Assembly: GCA_977020255.1 (NCBI GenBank)
Contig: CDROCS010000152.1
Location: 310,001-374,000 of the forward strand
Direction of reading: 5' to 3'
Source of the DNA: Obrimoposthia wandeli
Taxonomy: Eukaryota
DNA length: 64,000 bases
The position numbers and the translations under genes were made by a program. Below the pieces are notes generated by a model. That model ran no database searches. It was not told the DNA's origin and saw nothing but the letters and a program-made list of their open reading frames with translations. Shown here one piece after another: positions 12,208 through 24,791 of this stretch (position 1 is its first letter; each line of letters begins with the position of its first letter).

Positions 12208-13799
12208 AATTTTTTAAAAATTATTTTATAAAATAGTAAAATTAAGAGTCTCAAGTGAATGAGAGTTTATAATAGTTAGAGTGTATGGTTTAAAGTGATA
12301 CTAAAAACAAGAATAAGTAAAAATAGTTAGTAATATCGAATGTGTAAATGAACTAGAGTTGTAGAGTATAACTGAGAACATTAATGAGTGTAATAATAAT
12401 ATTCACAAAATATATATATAAATTTAAATTACTTGATATTTTTACCATTGTTTTATTAATATAATATGAATATTAAATTTATTTCTTTAAAAAAAAAATT
12501 TATATATTAAACAATATTTATTTATTAAATTTTTTTATCAAGTGATTTAATCTTTAACCTATAAAAATATTTTAATTATAAAGTTAGTAGCTGTACCGCG
12601 CCGACTTCATATAATATAAATTTTAAATAGAAGTTACTATTAAGTTTATTCTTTTAAAGATTAAAAGTTCTTTCGTGTTATTTAATTTTAATTTATTAAA
12701 TATTCGAAAAATTATTTGTAAACATAATATATTTTGGCATCTATTTAGTTTAATATGTTGTAATTTATTACTGTAATATTTCATTACATAAAAAGTAATG
12801 ATAGTTTACTGTCGTTTACAATAAGTTGAATATATATACATTAGTTGTAAGCAAATCAGTATTAATTGATTTAAACTACATTAACCTTGTTTAATCTCCA
12901 GTATATTATATTCTTTGACTTCAATAAATGTAGATTTAAAATTTATTTTGTGTTAATGAATGGTAAATTTGTTTTTTCAATTATAAGTTGAATGATTTCT
13001 CTTTTGACATAACAATGATTACACAATATATAGATTAACAACATTACATTATTTTATTAGTTTCACAACGAGATGTAAACTTTTACAAACCTTAGAAAAA
13101 TGTTTTTGTTACCGAGAGAAAGCTTCAGAGATACTTTTATTATTCTTTCACAATAGTATCAAAGCTTAATAGGGACCTTTGCAAAAATAAGATTATTATA
13201 ATTACTAAAACAAAAAGTTTGCGGAAGAAAAAATGTTGGATTTTTGCGTGTTTAGAGAATGTGTTTCGAAATATATACATTTTTGTATGTTGTAAAACAA
13301 TCCAGCTTCATTTTTAACACTAAATGTCAACATAAAATTAATACAGGGTGTAACATAAAAATAAAGAAAAGTTTTCAAACCAAAAATAATAAACACAATA
13401 CTTTTATTTAATTGTTTGGGTTAGAGTTGTGAGTTCTTAAGAGAGTATGTCTTTCTGAAGTTATCAAAAGGTCTTGTGTACGTTACTCAACTTTTCTTAG
13501 ACACTTCTAAACGTATAAGGAGGATTTGAGACAATCGAACTTAAAGTTCTTCATATTAGTTCTTATTCTATTCAAAATCTCAGTGATTCAAAAGACAATA
13601 TAATAATATAAATAAATTTATTAGATCAGAAACATATAGTGCAATAATTCAAGAATACTATTGATAATAAAACGGCTATTAGCGTACGTTAAATTTTTTT
13701 ATATTATAAAGAAAATGAAAAATTCTTGTTGTTTACGTGTCTTGAGGAAATCTGAGTCAATTGGAGTTTTATCTAGGACTTGAATATATTGTCGCTCTT

Positions 13800-14400
13800 C
13801 CTATCAATCCCTGTGATAATCGAGATGGAATGCCTTCGTCCTCCTTTCTTATCGTTTTCTGTTGTTCAAAAGAGTTCGTTAGGCTCTGGAAATTCCAAAA
13901 TTTTCTATAGGCGCTAATTCGGATTTTCTTCACTTGCCCTGGAAACTTTACCAGGACCCTAAATATTAGCCATTAAATTCTCAACAATACAATTGTATTT
14001 GTTCTTTTGAGACGCCAGCATAAAAATATCGTAAATAGCAAACCCTTAAAAAGAAACCAAGAGTGTTTCTCAGTACCATAAGCATTTCTTACATCATTTG
14101 AACGACAAGGCAATGATTAAAAATGACGATGTATATGTTGTTGCTTATTATCCATATCTCGCAGTACATCATCTAAGATAAGTTTTATCGGTTAAATCCT
14201 CCTTTTCCATTTCAGTTCTTCTTTCTCGTAACAACTGATGACTTTAAAAAGCCCTCCATGACATTTATGACGAAAGATACAACCTTCAAGCTTGCCATCC
14301 TTCGTATATTGGATTGTTTTGTAGAACATTGTAGAACATCATATTCCTCTCACTAAGAAAAATATACCAAGATCGTTTACACTTACATATCATATACCAA
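13800..14400 (-). mobile_element. IS630/Tc1-like transposase remnant
   Basis: SELAPIENF resembles SPELNPIE; the rest is heavily decayed. Confidence 0.4.
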
Positions 14401-14969
14401 CCAAATTTAATAAAAAAAAATTAGAATTTTTAATATAAATTTCCTGAAGTATTACATATTGAATTTTCTGCAGAGATTGTTACACCTGTCAGAAGTATGT
14501 AATTTAATTAATTTCCTCAAAAATTTTACAGCAATCGAATAACACCAATTTAAAATATTAACAGAACCATACTATTTACAATAAGTAGTAAAACGTTTTA
14601 CTCTATTATGTTAAATATTTCTGTTTTTTTCTAATTTTGGACAAAGCTGTTCTTTATTTTAACATGGAATATATACACCATTACTTTAGCTATTTCAATA
14701 TTTATTTACAATAAAAAATATGCTGTTTGCTTAGACATGTTTTTCAGTACAGAGTATTTTTATATTGATTCTTATATAATTTGACGTCCAACTACAAATC
14801 AAAGAACTGTACAACTAATAAAGAAGTACAATATATATTTTTTCTCGTTTGTTGTCTTTTAAACCACGTCCTATAAGAATTTTAAAAAGTATACTTCTAT
14901 GCTGAGATTAAGATTGGAATCAGAACATCTCGAGAACAGTTATTTTTCGTTCAAATAATCTGCTGTTTA

Positions 14970-15148
14970 CAGTAATTATTCACCTGTAAGGGTATTCATT
15001 AAAACATGTTTTTGAGAGAGACCGACACCGAATCACTTATAGATGCATTATTTAAAAGCTTGGAAAGGTACTATTATAGGTGAAGCGTGAAATTTTCGGT
15101 GACCGGACACCCTTATAGGTGGGACCCCTTATATGTGAATAACTACTG
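14970..15148. mobile_element. 179-bp MITE, pogo/Tigger-type (TA target-site duplication)
   Basis: 23-bp terminal inverted repeats cagtaattattcacctgtaaggg / cccttatatgtgaataactactg match at 20 of 23 positions; TA at 14968-14969 and 15149-15150. Confidence 0.8.
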
Positions 15149-15319
15149 TATAACTCACACACAAAACTGTAATCAAAATATATATGTGCTATAATTTCTT
15201 TTTGTGGTCATGCGTTAAAGGGTTTTTTGATGGAGATAGATACACAGTTAAAAGATCTTTCTATTTCGAATTGCTCCAAATGATGCACCAGAAGTTTGTT
15301 CACCTTTCTCAGAGTAATG

Positions 15320-15480
15320 ATTGAAATAATTCGGTCTTGATTCATGACAACACTCAGCCGCATGTCTCACAATTAGTGATTGAATTTATTTCTCGGAAGT
15401 CACAAAAGGTTGGTCGTCAGGAACCTTGGTCCCCTGAATGTAATCAATGGCATTATAGCTTTTTTCTGAGCAGAATTTTC
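15320..15480 (+). mobile_element. mariner transposase fragment
   Basis: VLIHDNTQPHVSQLVIEFI...EPWSPECNQWHYSFF matches LLHDNARPH and PPYSPDLAPSDFxLF. Confidence 0.7.
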
Positions 15481-16209
15481 AAGACCAGAGTGTGTTTTTT
15501 GTCATAAAGAAAAACACTTATCAGTAGTTTGGTGTAATTTTTATTTTAGAAGAAGTGCTTAATTGTTAAAAAGTAACTCAAAAAGCTTCATTTCAAATTC
15601 CAAACGTGTATACATTGATTGACTATCAAAAAAGTACTTTTAAAGGACTTGTTGAGGCGGAGAATCGATGTGGAATGGTGCACATCAGAATCCAGACAAT
15701 TATACAAGAAGGATAACTTGATTCCAGGCAGCTGGCAAGTAGAAGTGAATCCAAACATCACATAGGCAGAGTAACAAATCATTTTGAACAACCACGACAA
15801 CAACAACACTGTCATGTTTATTTTCCAACTTTCCAGCAGACTCTTATTGATGGTAAAAGAAAAAGTAGCAGAAAGCCAGTGAATAAAAAGTTTGCCTTCT
15901 CTTCGAGTCAGCACAAGGGGGAAATTGAATTTTGTTTCCCCCCTTCACTTTAGTCGAAAATGGAGACTATCGGCAAATCAAACTGGCTGATATAGAGCCA
16001 ACGAAGGTAATTATCTACTAAGATCCATCTGAGTTGCATAAAAGGGTGAGAGTCTGCTTCATCTTTGTCGTCGTGCTGTATGTTGATATAATTAAAACGA
16101 GGATATATTCAGATTCAGTCAGACAAACGACAACTAAAATGAATCAAATCATACTTCAGTTTCGCTCCCCCACACGCACCGTATTTTGATGGTCTAGATT
16201 GCGTCCCAG

Positions 16210-16274
16210 TTCATCAAATTCATCCGCACACTGCCCCTTCGGTATCTACATTCCCTCCCATCGCAACATTGGTT
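16210..16274 (+). CDS. Candidate upstream exon of the LNS-domain gene (possible EGF-like end)
   Basis: C-ending codon bias (SSNSSAHCPFGIYIPSHRNIG) and a GTAAGT donor at 16275 in phase 1. The leftover T plus GC of exon 31838 makes TGC (Cys). The acceptor could be the AG ending at 16197 or 16209. Linkage is inferred only. Confidence 0.35.
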
Positions 16275-16899
16275 GTAAGTACTCGTTAGAATTTAATTCT
16301 ATTTTTAGAATCAATTTGACATTGAGCTTCTCTTATGTATTTCTGCTTTCTCTTGGGTTTTATTGTTTTCACACTTTTAGGATGAAAAGGGTCTACAAAA
16401 TAATGTATCAGTCTGCAACATTGGAGAAATGTTCCTAATGTCAAATTTCCATAAGTAAATATTCCGAAAATTCCGCTGTCGAAGCATCAATTCAATTCTC
16501 ATTCTATAACAATGTAAACAACTCTACATAAAATATTGATTTAAACACCATTTCATTAGTGATAGTAATCTAATGCAGGCAAATATTTAAAATATTCATA
16601 TTGGGGTTGAAAAATCGTAAAATAATTTACTAAGCTTTTAGGCAATCTGAACCGTGAAAATATTATGTAAAATTCATATTCTAGGTTTTCAAGATACGTA
16701 AATAAAATTTCTTTAAAATTTAATAATTTAATACATATTTGATATTTACTTTATTTTTCATTGATTATATATTTCCATAATTTTATGGATTGTTCGACCA
16801 GAAAGGAAATATTGACGCACTTTCAAAATCATGCAATTATCACTTTAACCATTTGGAGTTATGATCGGATTCACAAAGTTTTGTATTTTTTTCGGAATT

Positions 16900-17010
16900 T
16901 TTCGTATAATAGCGTAAAAATTGATTACTCAACTTAAAGAAACGGGATCAATATTAGATAAACCAATTTCTGAACGACCATCAGTTTTAGAAGCTCGCGA
17001 ATATGTTGCA
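16900..17010 (+). mobile_element. Tc1/mariner N-terminal HTH fragment
   Basis: LKETGSILDKPISERPS resembles FxETGSVxDxPRSGRP. Confidence 0.4.
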
Positions 17011-17690
17011 TAAATTGTTACTGAATGCAAAGATGAAACATCAACCCAAACAATTGCAGAAAAAGAATATTTCTAAGGTGAGTGTGTGACGTATTACCAA
17101 ATCTATTATCTTTTGTTGGAACTGTAGTGGTGAAATCTTTCTCCATATGCTTCTAACACACGGCAAACCTCAAATCGATTCACAGGGTTTAATACATCAC
17201 CTAGCAATTCAACAAGATAAAGGTCTTCTTTATTTTTTCAAAAGTTGAAACAGAATATCTTTGAAATGTTTTTGCAGAAAGAATCATTAGTGAACGATTC
17301 AGAAGCAAATGTCCTCTTGTCTTATTTGGATTTATTCCTTCAAAGACAAAGTGTGGTCAAAATGGCCACCTATAGAAGAATCAAAAAACCGTATTGAAAC
17401 AGAAATTTCAGGATTAATTCAGAATACTTTTGAAAATTCTGAATTCAACATATCTGAATTGATTGAGTCAAATTTTGATGTATTTGTCTTTTGTCTTTTT
17501 TCTTTTTTTCGTATTTTTTAATTGAAATTGAATCTCCAACTTTTTAAACACTTTATACTATTAAATTGATAATCGTGTAAATTTTACTTTTTCGTGTCAA
17601 GAAGAACATCCTAATTACACATCCCATTATTTCCAGTTTAACAATACTTTTGCATGTTTTGTTGTGTGCTGAATTCCGAATATGATATCA

Positions 17691-17691
17691 A

Positions 17692-17731
<40 letters not shown>
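17691..17731. repeat. (TA)n microsatellite
   Basis: A run of TA repeats with one interruption is read directly from the sequence. Confidence 0.95.
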
Positions 17732-17734
<3 letters not shown>

Positions 17735-19030
17735 ATAATAGTCGATGGTTATTGATAAAAATTTGTACCATATTTATAGATTCCAAACCCCATTTAGAGA
17801 TAGAGTTTGTGAAATCTATTTTGATAATTTATTTTATCTAAAAACAATTACTTCAGTTCAAATTTCGTTGATATATACATTCAGGTAGACCTTATCCCTT
17901 GGTTGCTTCAGATTTAAATACATATTTTGCATACGAGAAAAATATTGATTTTATTGATTTGAAAACTTTTATTCATTGGTTTTACAGGGTTGGGATTTTT
18001 TTATATTGTTCCTCATGTCATTTCTTCAGAATTTTTCTTCATAACTTTTTATCATTTTTCTATATTCTTATTACAATTTTACCATTTCAGTAACTTCTTA
18101 TTTCGGTTACATGAAAACTGCATTGTGTAAGCCATAAAAATCTTCATATCTCAGTGGTCTCAACTAACAATAACAAAATAACAACTCAACGAGAATGATT
18201 TTTCTTGTCTTACAGAAAAAAGCAATGACCGATGTTGCAAATTTTAAAATAAAATAACTATAGAAAAAGCAGTTTACATTCCACGAAGATCCAAATACTT
18301 CATCCAAATCCATCGTTGCTGTCTTCTCTAACAGATATCATTAAAACTACTTCGTTGGTAAGTCGAGGGATTTTCCAAAAATGCAAATGGCCTGAGATAA
18401 TCTCATGTGTGTTATGTATATATGAAAGTGTAAAAGAGCTGGACCAATGAGCCGCTCATTTTACATACTGGAACTAAGTGCACTGAAGGAACATTCCACA
18501 TAGTAAGTTGGCATTATCAAAGTCGATAGAACTCTTTCTAAATGCACTTGGCAAACCACTTAAAAATAAAAGGCAAAACATCAAAGAGGAATGAAACAGG
18601 CTCAAAACCAAATGGATATTTTTGTAATCGTCTTAATTCTAATATGATTTGAAAATATATACTAAAAATGTCTACTTAATTATGTCTTTTATATATATCA
18701 CAAACTAAATTGACTAAACCACGATTTTTTTATCATCAAATAGTTACCTGAATTAACTAATTGGGGATTTTAATTGGACATTAAGCAATGTAATAGCCGC
18801 AAGAAAAAATACTCTCAAATACAGATAGATGATATTATTTAAAGAAGATTAATGAAAATTTCTAAAAGCGTAAGATGTGGAAACCAAATAAATAATAATA
18901 CATGAACAGGTACCTAGCGATCTTTTAAACTGGGAAGTAAACAAAATGTCCCAAAAAATGAAAACAATAAAAATTGTAAACATATAAAATTCACAAAAAT
19001 CATGGATGCAAATATTTATTGAAACTGATA

Positions 19031-20101
19031 CTAAACCATGGTGTAGATTTGTATATAGTTGCTTTCACGAGCGTCTTCAAGAACATTTTTAATCGTGATC
19101 TGGGAAATACAGACGTCGTCTGCACAATACCACTGGCCATCGTATTCTACATATGCCATATAGTGTCCTCCATGCAAATTTCCTATTTGACGAACAATCG
19201 CTTTCAGACGGTACGGCAGCATTTCTATCAAACTTCCGTCGTTCTCCTGCAATGGCAACTCAATTTCTGTCTCGATCGTCATTGGATCGCGGTTCTTCTT
19301 CATCCGGAACGTTTCTGTATCATACCTAAATCTCTTCACACCGACAATGAAGTTCCGAGGAAGCTTCTTCACAATCATTCGTTTCTCCCCAGAACAGGGT
19401 CCACATTTCTCACACTTAAACTCCTCCACAAACTCTGGCTTGAAGATGTCGGTGATATTTTGGCCGGGCTGCATGAACAAATTGTTCTCTGTCACCACGG
19501 CTTCCTGGTCCTCGTCGCTGTTCTCGCCACATCGGCTACAGAAGTACTGCACCTTCATCTGGGTCTGGAAGTACTTGGTAATAGGGTTGCAGATGAGCCC
19601 CAACTCCTCGTCGCCATTCTCAGATTTCTCCTTCTTGACAGCGGCCTTGAACTCCTCGTCAAGTCGATCAAGCAAATAGATCATGAACTCCTGGGCGTCT
19701 TCCATGTTGTTCCACTCAAAATACGAGCAGTAGTACTGGAGCCCACCGAATTTAGTCAATGCCTTCCTGGTGTCGACCTTACTTTCTCCTAAAGCGGACC
19801 TGATCAAGTTATCGATTAGGCCAAAAGCTTTGTTGTTCTCGTTCTCCAACAAATCCCTGATCAAGTCAAAGAACTCTTCATCGAGACATGCTAAAATAGC
19901 CTGAAATACGGAGTTTGCGTAACAGATGCTGCTCTCATTTACTAGCTGCGGAGGACTTGAAATGAAGCAGTCTTCTTCAGCTTCCAATAAGGCAAACTCT
20001 CTCGCTTCGTCACTATCAACTTCTGCTATTTCAGCACTGGATTTGGGGTTGAACCGGCCCATTAAGAACGTACTTTCATCAATGGTGTCCTGGTAGTTCA
20101 T
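19031..20101 (-). CDS. Intronless ubiquitin-specific protease (USP / peptidase C19), 356 aa
   Basis: Cys box LVNESSICYANSVFQ (N55, C60); EDAQEF; zinc pairs C188xxC191 and C230xxC233; LPRNFIVGVKRF; His box YRLKAIVRQIGNLHGGHY (H313); WYCADD (D328/D329). Intact ORF, with AATAAA about 10 nt past the stop (plus-strand 19015-19020) and TATAAAT about 31-37 nt upstream of the ATG. Confidence 0.95.
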   Translation of the reverse strand: MNYQDTIDESTFLMGRFNPKSSAEIAEVDSDEAREFALLEAEEDCFISSPPQLVNESSICYANSVFQAILACLDEEFFDLIRDLLENENNKAFGLIDNLIRSALGESKVDTRKALTKFGGLQYYCSYFEWNNMEDAQEFMIYLLDRLDEEFKAAVKKEKSENGDEELGLICNPITKYFQTQMKVQYFCSRCGENSDEDQEAVVTENNLFMQPGQNITDIFKPEFVEEFKCEKCGPCSGEKRMIVKKLPRNFIVGVKRFRYDTETFRMKKNRDPMTIETEIELPLQENDGSLIEMLPYRLKAIVRQIGNLHGGHYMAYVEYDGQWYCADDVCISQITIKNVLEDARESNYIQIYTMV

Positions 20102-20899
20102 CTTTTCGAGAAGATGCTATTTAAAGGAGAGATTTATAAACAAATTAAGAAAATTAATTAAAGATAGCGCAAAACTGATTTAATCAATAAAAGCTTTGTT
20201 AGATAAATATTTATTTATATTCTCTATATCAGGGACAGACAAATTCTTTTGATGAAGCCCCATGTTTATTTGGATTCTGTGGGCCAAGTTAACCATTATA
20301 AAAAAGGCCTATAAGAGGCTTTTTAATTACCATAAATTTTACTGAAATAGTAATTTATGAGTTTTCATATTATTAGTTGACCAAAATCACATATGGTCTG
20401 TGAATAGGAGCTGTTAGCGGGCTTTGTGTATTGATTTCTCATGAAACGCTAGGCGGGAAACAACTGGACTACACGCCGATTTTGCCAGCCTCTGCTTTAG
20501 AGGATATGGTCAATTATAATCTCTGGATAAGAGTGTTTTAAACTTACTTGGTAACATAATTTGATCGAAAACTCTATTATATATTTTGAAAATCAAATTA
20601 TCTCCATAACCCTCCAGACGAATTTTACAAAATGAAACAATGATCCAGAAATGTTCCATGAGCAGACGGATATTTTAAGTATTTCTTAACTGCTTCGTAA
20701 CTTCTTTTGTTATTGTAATGAATCTTTGTATTTGAAAACGTTTCTTAAATTATCTTTATTTAGCTTTTCTTTGCGGCTTAAATAAATTTATTTAAAATTG
20801 ACAATGTATAATAAGATATATCCTTTATTTGTTCAACAGTGTATAACTAAGTAAAGTAAAACCCAAAAAGCACATGTATAATTGTCTATTTACATACAT

Positions 20900-21130
20900 G
20901 TATCGAATATTTGAAGGCAATGTTACAATCCCTCTATGACCAGTGTCATCAAGATGCTTAGTAACTTCTTCAATGTCAGTTCTTCGATTTATGTGTACGT
21001 GTGTGAGTGCTAAATCTTTGTATCTCTGAGCGGCCATATTTTTGAATGAAAATCGTCTAAATAAATCCAAAAGATATTTTGTAGTCTTTGCGTTTTTCTC
21101 AAATTCTCTTTATCTTTCTGCCACGATATT
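20900..21130 (-). mobile_element. hAT dimerisation-domain remnant
   Basis: KNMAAQRYKDLALTHVHINRRTDIEEV resembles STMxQERLxxLALLHIHRDxxIDIEEV. Confidence 0.4.
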
Positions 21131-22519
21131 TTCCCAGCCACTATTTTTCTGCATTATATTGTTCATAATTTGGCAAATAAAATAATTTTAATTTGAAATA
21201 CAAATCAAATGTGTAATTGCAAATATTTAAGATCTTCAGAAGAAGAAGTTGATAAAAAAATTTATTTAACCTTAAATCTTGAACCATTATAATCTATTAT
21301 CACATAAAAATATGTATTATATTTAAATTCATTTGTACTATAAAACTTTTGATGTTTGTATTTCATATTCCAATATATTATTTGTAGATTGTTTCTCACT
21401 TTAAACGTTGTGATAAGCACCAATGATCTCCATAGTTATGTTATTGAACTGTAATAGGATGCAAAAGCAGCGTTCTACGGCGATGTGTTATCTTATCTGT
21501 AGATTTTGAAGAAATGTAAAGGCATTTTGTTAGAATAAGAAGTTTGGTAAAGCTTTGGAGATCGAAAGGGAAATTGTTTACTGAGAAACGAAAATGATTG
21601 AATAAAAGTAAGTTAGCAGCCTGAAAATTAGTAGTATAGCAGCGAAATACTAAAACAAAAGGTAGACCAAAGTTCAAATTTAATATGCGCCAAACATTGA
21701 GTATCGAAAAAGAAGTTTGGAAATCTGAGAGTTTATTGAATGAAATTGATAAAATCTCTGGATATGAATATTTTTAAAAAGACTACTCAAAGGTATAGTT
21801 AAACTAGAAAAATATGTTGTTTCTACGAAACCTGGCTTAGAATGGATATAATTTGCTAGGAATTGTTTGCAAGTCAATGGAGACATAAATAATGCTCTTT
21901 TCTCTGGTGAAATAATGGCTAGTGGTACCCGTCATGATCATAGGTTCCTAGATTGTGTACGGTAAAATGTCAAATTTTGACTCTATAAGTTATGTTTATT
22001 TAGAATTATGATATTTTAGATTTAAATAAATTTTCAAACGAATATTGTAATCAAATAGTGGAATACATTTTTATTAGATTTAACTATAATATGTAATTCA
22101 GTTAAATTAAGTTCTTAATTAACTAAAAAAGCGGCCTACAAACGGGAGCGACTATAAATCGAGAAACAGGGTAATAAATGTATCAAAAAGCATGCACCTT
22201 TATTACATTAAGATTTAAATTAAGTGTATGAGTAAGAAACATTCAATTTCAATAAAATCTGGTAATAATACAAATATCGTCAAAAATGTAATGAGTAAAA
22301 AGTTGCAACCAATATCTTTTGACTAAACTAAGGATGTATATCCTGTACACCTTTTAATTTGATATTTTTATTACAATCATCAGAATAATATTTTTTAAAA
22401 TTTGATATGATTATTTAAATTTAAAGATGGACATTATTCATTTTACACATTTAAAAATGAAATATTGCGTCATCAGAATTATAACGTGCCATAATAATGC
22501 GTACACAAAATCAATCCTT

Positions 22520-23000
22520 TTTTTATAATCATGCTATTTTTTCTCGAAGGTACACACTCTTGTAGTCATTGATGAGTATAAGTTCGATACGTAATTTTTG
22601 TTCTTTTCCTGCAATATTCTTCAGTTCTTTAAGATTTGAAGCTGGTTCTTCTTTATAAACATCGTGGCTATTTCTGGACCATACAAATTCAATCATGTTA
22701 ATGACAGGACAGTATGGAACCATTCGACAACCTCAAAATTTACTTATACAATAAATTCTTTAGTAAACCTTGACGTGTGTACCCTGCAATTGTCGTCCTG
22801 GAACAAAATCGGTTTGGTTAAATTTAACTTCCTGGGGCCATCTACATATTGCGACGAGTTTATTGATCCCGATACGATCCTTATTGACAGTATTTCCTAG
22901 AGAACAAAAGACTTCACACAATTTACAGAGGGCATGCAAAAATCGCTTGTAAAAATTAGAACCTTTAGCTAACCAACTGTAATAACCAATACTAGTGATT
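22520..23000 (-). mobile_element. Tc1-like transposase remnant
   Basis: ILFQDDNCRVHTSRFTKEFI and PYCPVINMIEFVW correspond to the second Asp and Glu motifs of the DDE triad; frameshifted. Confidence 0.75.
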
Positions 23001-24029
23001 AATGTATATATACTTCATTCACTAAAGTGACAACTTTATTATCTTCTTTGGGCATACCTGCGCATGCTACTCCAATGTATTTGGGTTTGATATTTCTGTA
23101 ATGATTTTATCTGCAAAATATCTGCCATGTAAATTTTCTAAACTTTTAAGACTTCTCTAAACCATCAGAATTGACACATTTAAGTTTTGCTCTCAGAATT
23201 CCAGCTGTCCCTGGAATATCTGACTTTTCATATTATTTTTTGAACGATATCAATTCATTTTTCTAAAATTTTCTTTTGTACCTCGTTTCTATTTTTTTAT
23301 TAAATAAATTTACAACTCTTTCGAGGCTTGATCTCGGTTTTTATATTTGAGTGCTAATGCACCATTCGACAGTTCTTACTTCCTCTCTTTGATAAAATCT
23401 ATTTTAAATTAACATTTCTTGCTTATCTTATCTAATTCTAAGTGATTATTCACATGAAAAACTTACGTTCATTGAAATTGACGTCTAAATTATTTGAATT
23501 TTAAACTTTTGAATTTTACGCAAAATTATGTCTGAATATATTCAAACAAACCTGATGTTTCTTTTACTCAATAATTTCATTTCACATTTTTAATTACGCT
23601 ATTTCGACTTTTTTTTAATATAATTAATAAAAATAAAGAAATGTTTTGTAAATATATTCAGCTGCCCGCAAAATTATGTCGCAGGTTGTATAATATTGCT
23701 ATTTGACTTGTTATTTCTTATATTATCAAATATACTAAGTGTAACATTGAGAGTATGATAGATATTCTGGCATAAAAATAGACGAATGTGAATTAAAAGG
23801 TATTTATTTTTGGAATATACTTTTTATTGATGTAATTTTAAATTTTATCACCACTGATTAGCTCTAGTGCTTCTAATATTACGGGAATACTTTGCACAAC
23901 TTCCACAGCCAATTCAAGTGCATCTCTTGAATTATCCTGCAAATTCTCTTTGTCAAATATTTTAGTGTTAAAAGTTTTATTCCTAAATTCTGGACTTTAA
24001 ATAATCTCAAAGAAACAAGTTCAGGGCAG

Positions 24030-24377
24030 TTAAGGGGGTAAAGTCAAAGTAGCAAAATCACCTTCTTGTGTGGTATTGAAAACTATTTCCCCGATAATCA
24101 ATGTGTGGAGAGGCCTGTTGTGCTGAAACACCGTAGATCTTGTAGCCCTATGACGCCTTAAGTAGGGAATCACATATCTCTCTATAATATTGAGACTTTG
24201 CTCCCTAATAAGAGTTGGTGACAATTTGATTATTTGGCCATCGATTGAAAAACAGACTTCGTCACACAACAAAACACTATAAAAGACGCAATCAACCAGC
24301 TTGCATTCGACAATGTCTACGCGATTTTCCACATGGGTACAGCTCTGAAAATTTATTGATTTCTTTTTTAATCTCAT
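24030..24377 (-). mobile_element. Internally deleted Tc1/mariner transposase remnant
   Basis: VLLCDEVCFSIDGQI (first Asp motif) and LNIIERYVIPYL...VFQHNRPLH (degenerate FQQDGAPPH). Confidence 0.55.
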
Positions 24378-24433
24378 GCGTTAACTTTTTTTTGAAACCT
24401 GAATTCAACTTAAATGAGCTATGGATTTTTAAT

Positions 24434-24791
24434 TAATCAATTAATTAAAGTTCTGGTAGCAGACCATGATCGATGTTCAACTATATACATGGTTTGGGGA
24501 ATATTTAGTGGGATATTTGTCGAGTTGGCAATTCACCAAAATTCACCAATATTCGCATATTCGCAATTAATTTATTATTATTATACATATAAATTTTATA
24601 TAAATGTATTCTACTTACATGTCAGAAAGTGAAATAAATAAATTTCATTATGAAAAAATGTAATCTAATTTTTTTTAATTTATAGATTTTTTTAGCATTT
24701 TATCAATATGACAAAATATATCTACTATTGATTGAGTTGTAAATAATCAATTAATTAAAGTTCTGGTAGCAGACTATGATCAATGTTCAAC
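24434..24791. repeat. 48-bp direct repeat, 310-bp period
   Basis: 24434-24481 and 24744-24791 (taatcaattaattaaagttctggtagcagac...) differ at 2 positions. Confidence 0.9.

Noticed and set aside
8025-12400. Alternative genetic code (TAA/TAG = Gln) to explain the many in-frame stops
   Set aside because: TGA stops and frameshifts occur too, and the USP and LNS exons read cleanly in the standard code.
18490-18600. SKSIELFLNAL resembling NC2-alpha/DRAP1
   Set aside because: The upstream histone-fold motif is missing; probably chance.
19019-19792. 257-aa plus-strand ORF (and the 110-aa ORF at 19347-19679)
   Set aside because: These are antisense shadows of the USP gene. They have no recognisable motifs, and the GC-rich codon pattern explains the lack of stops.
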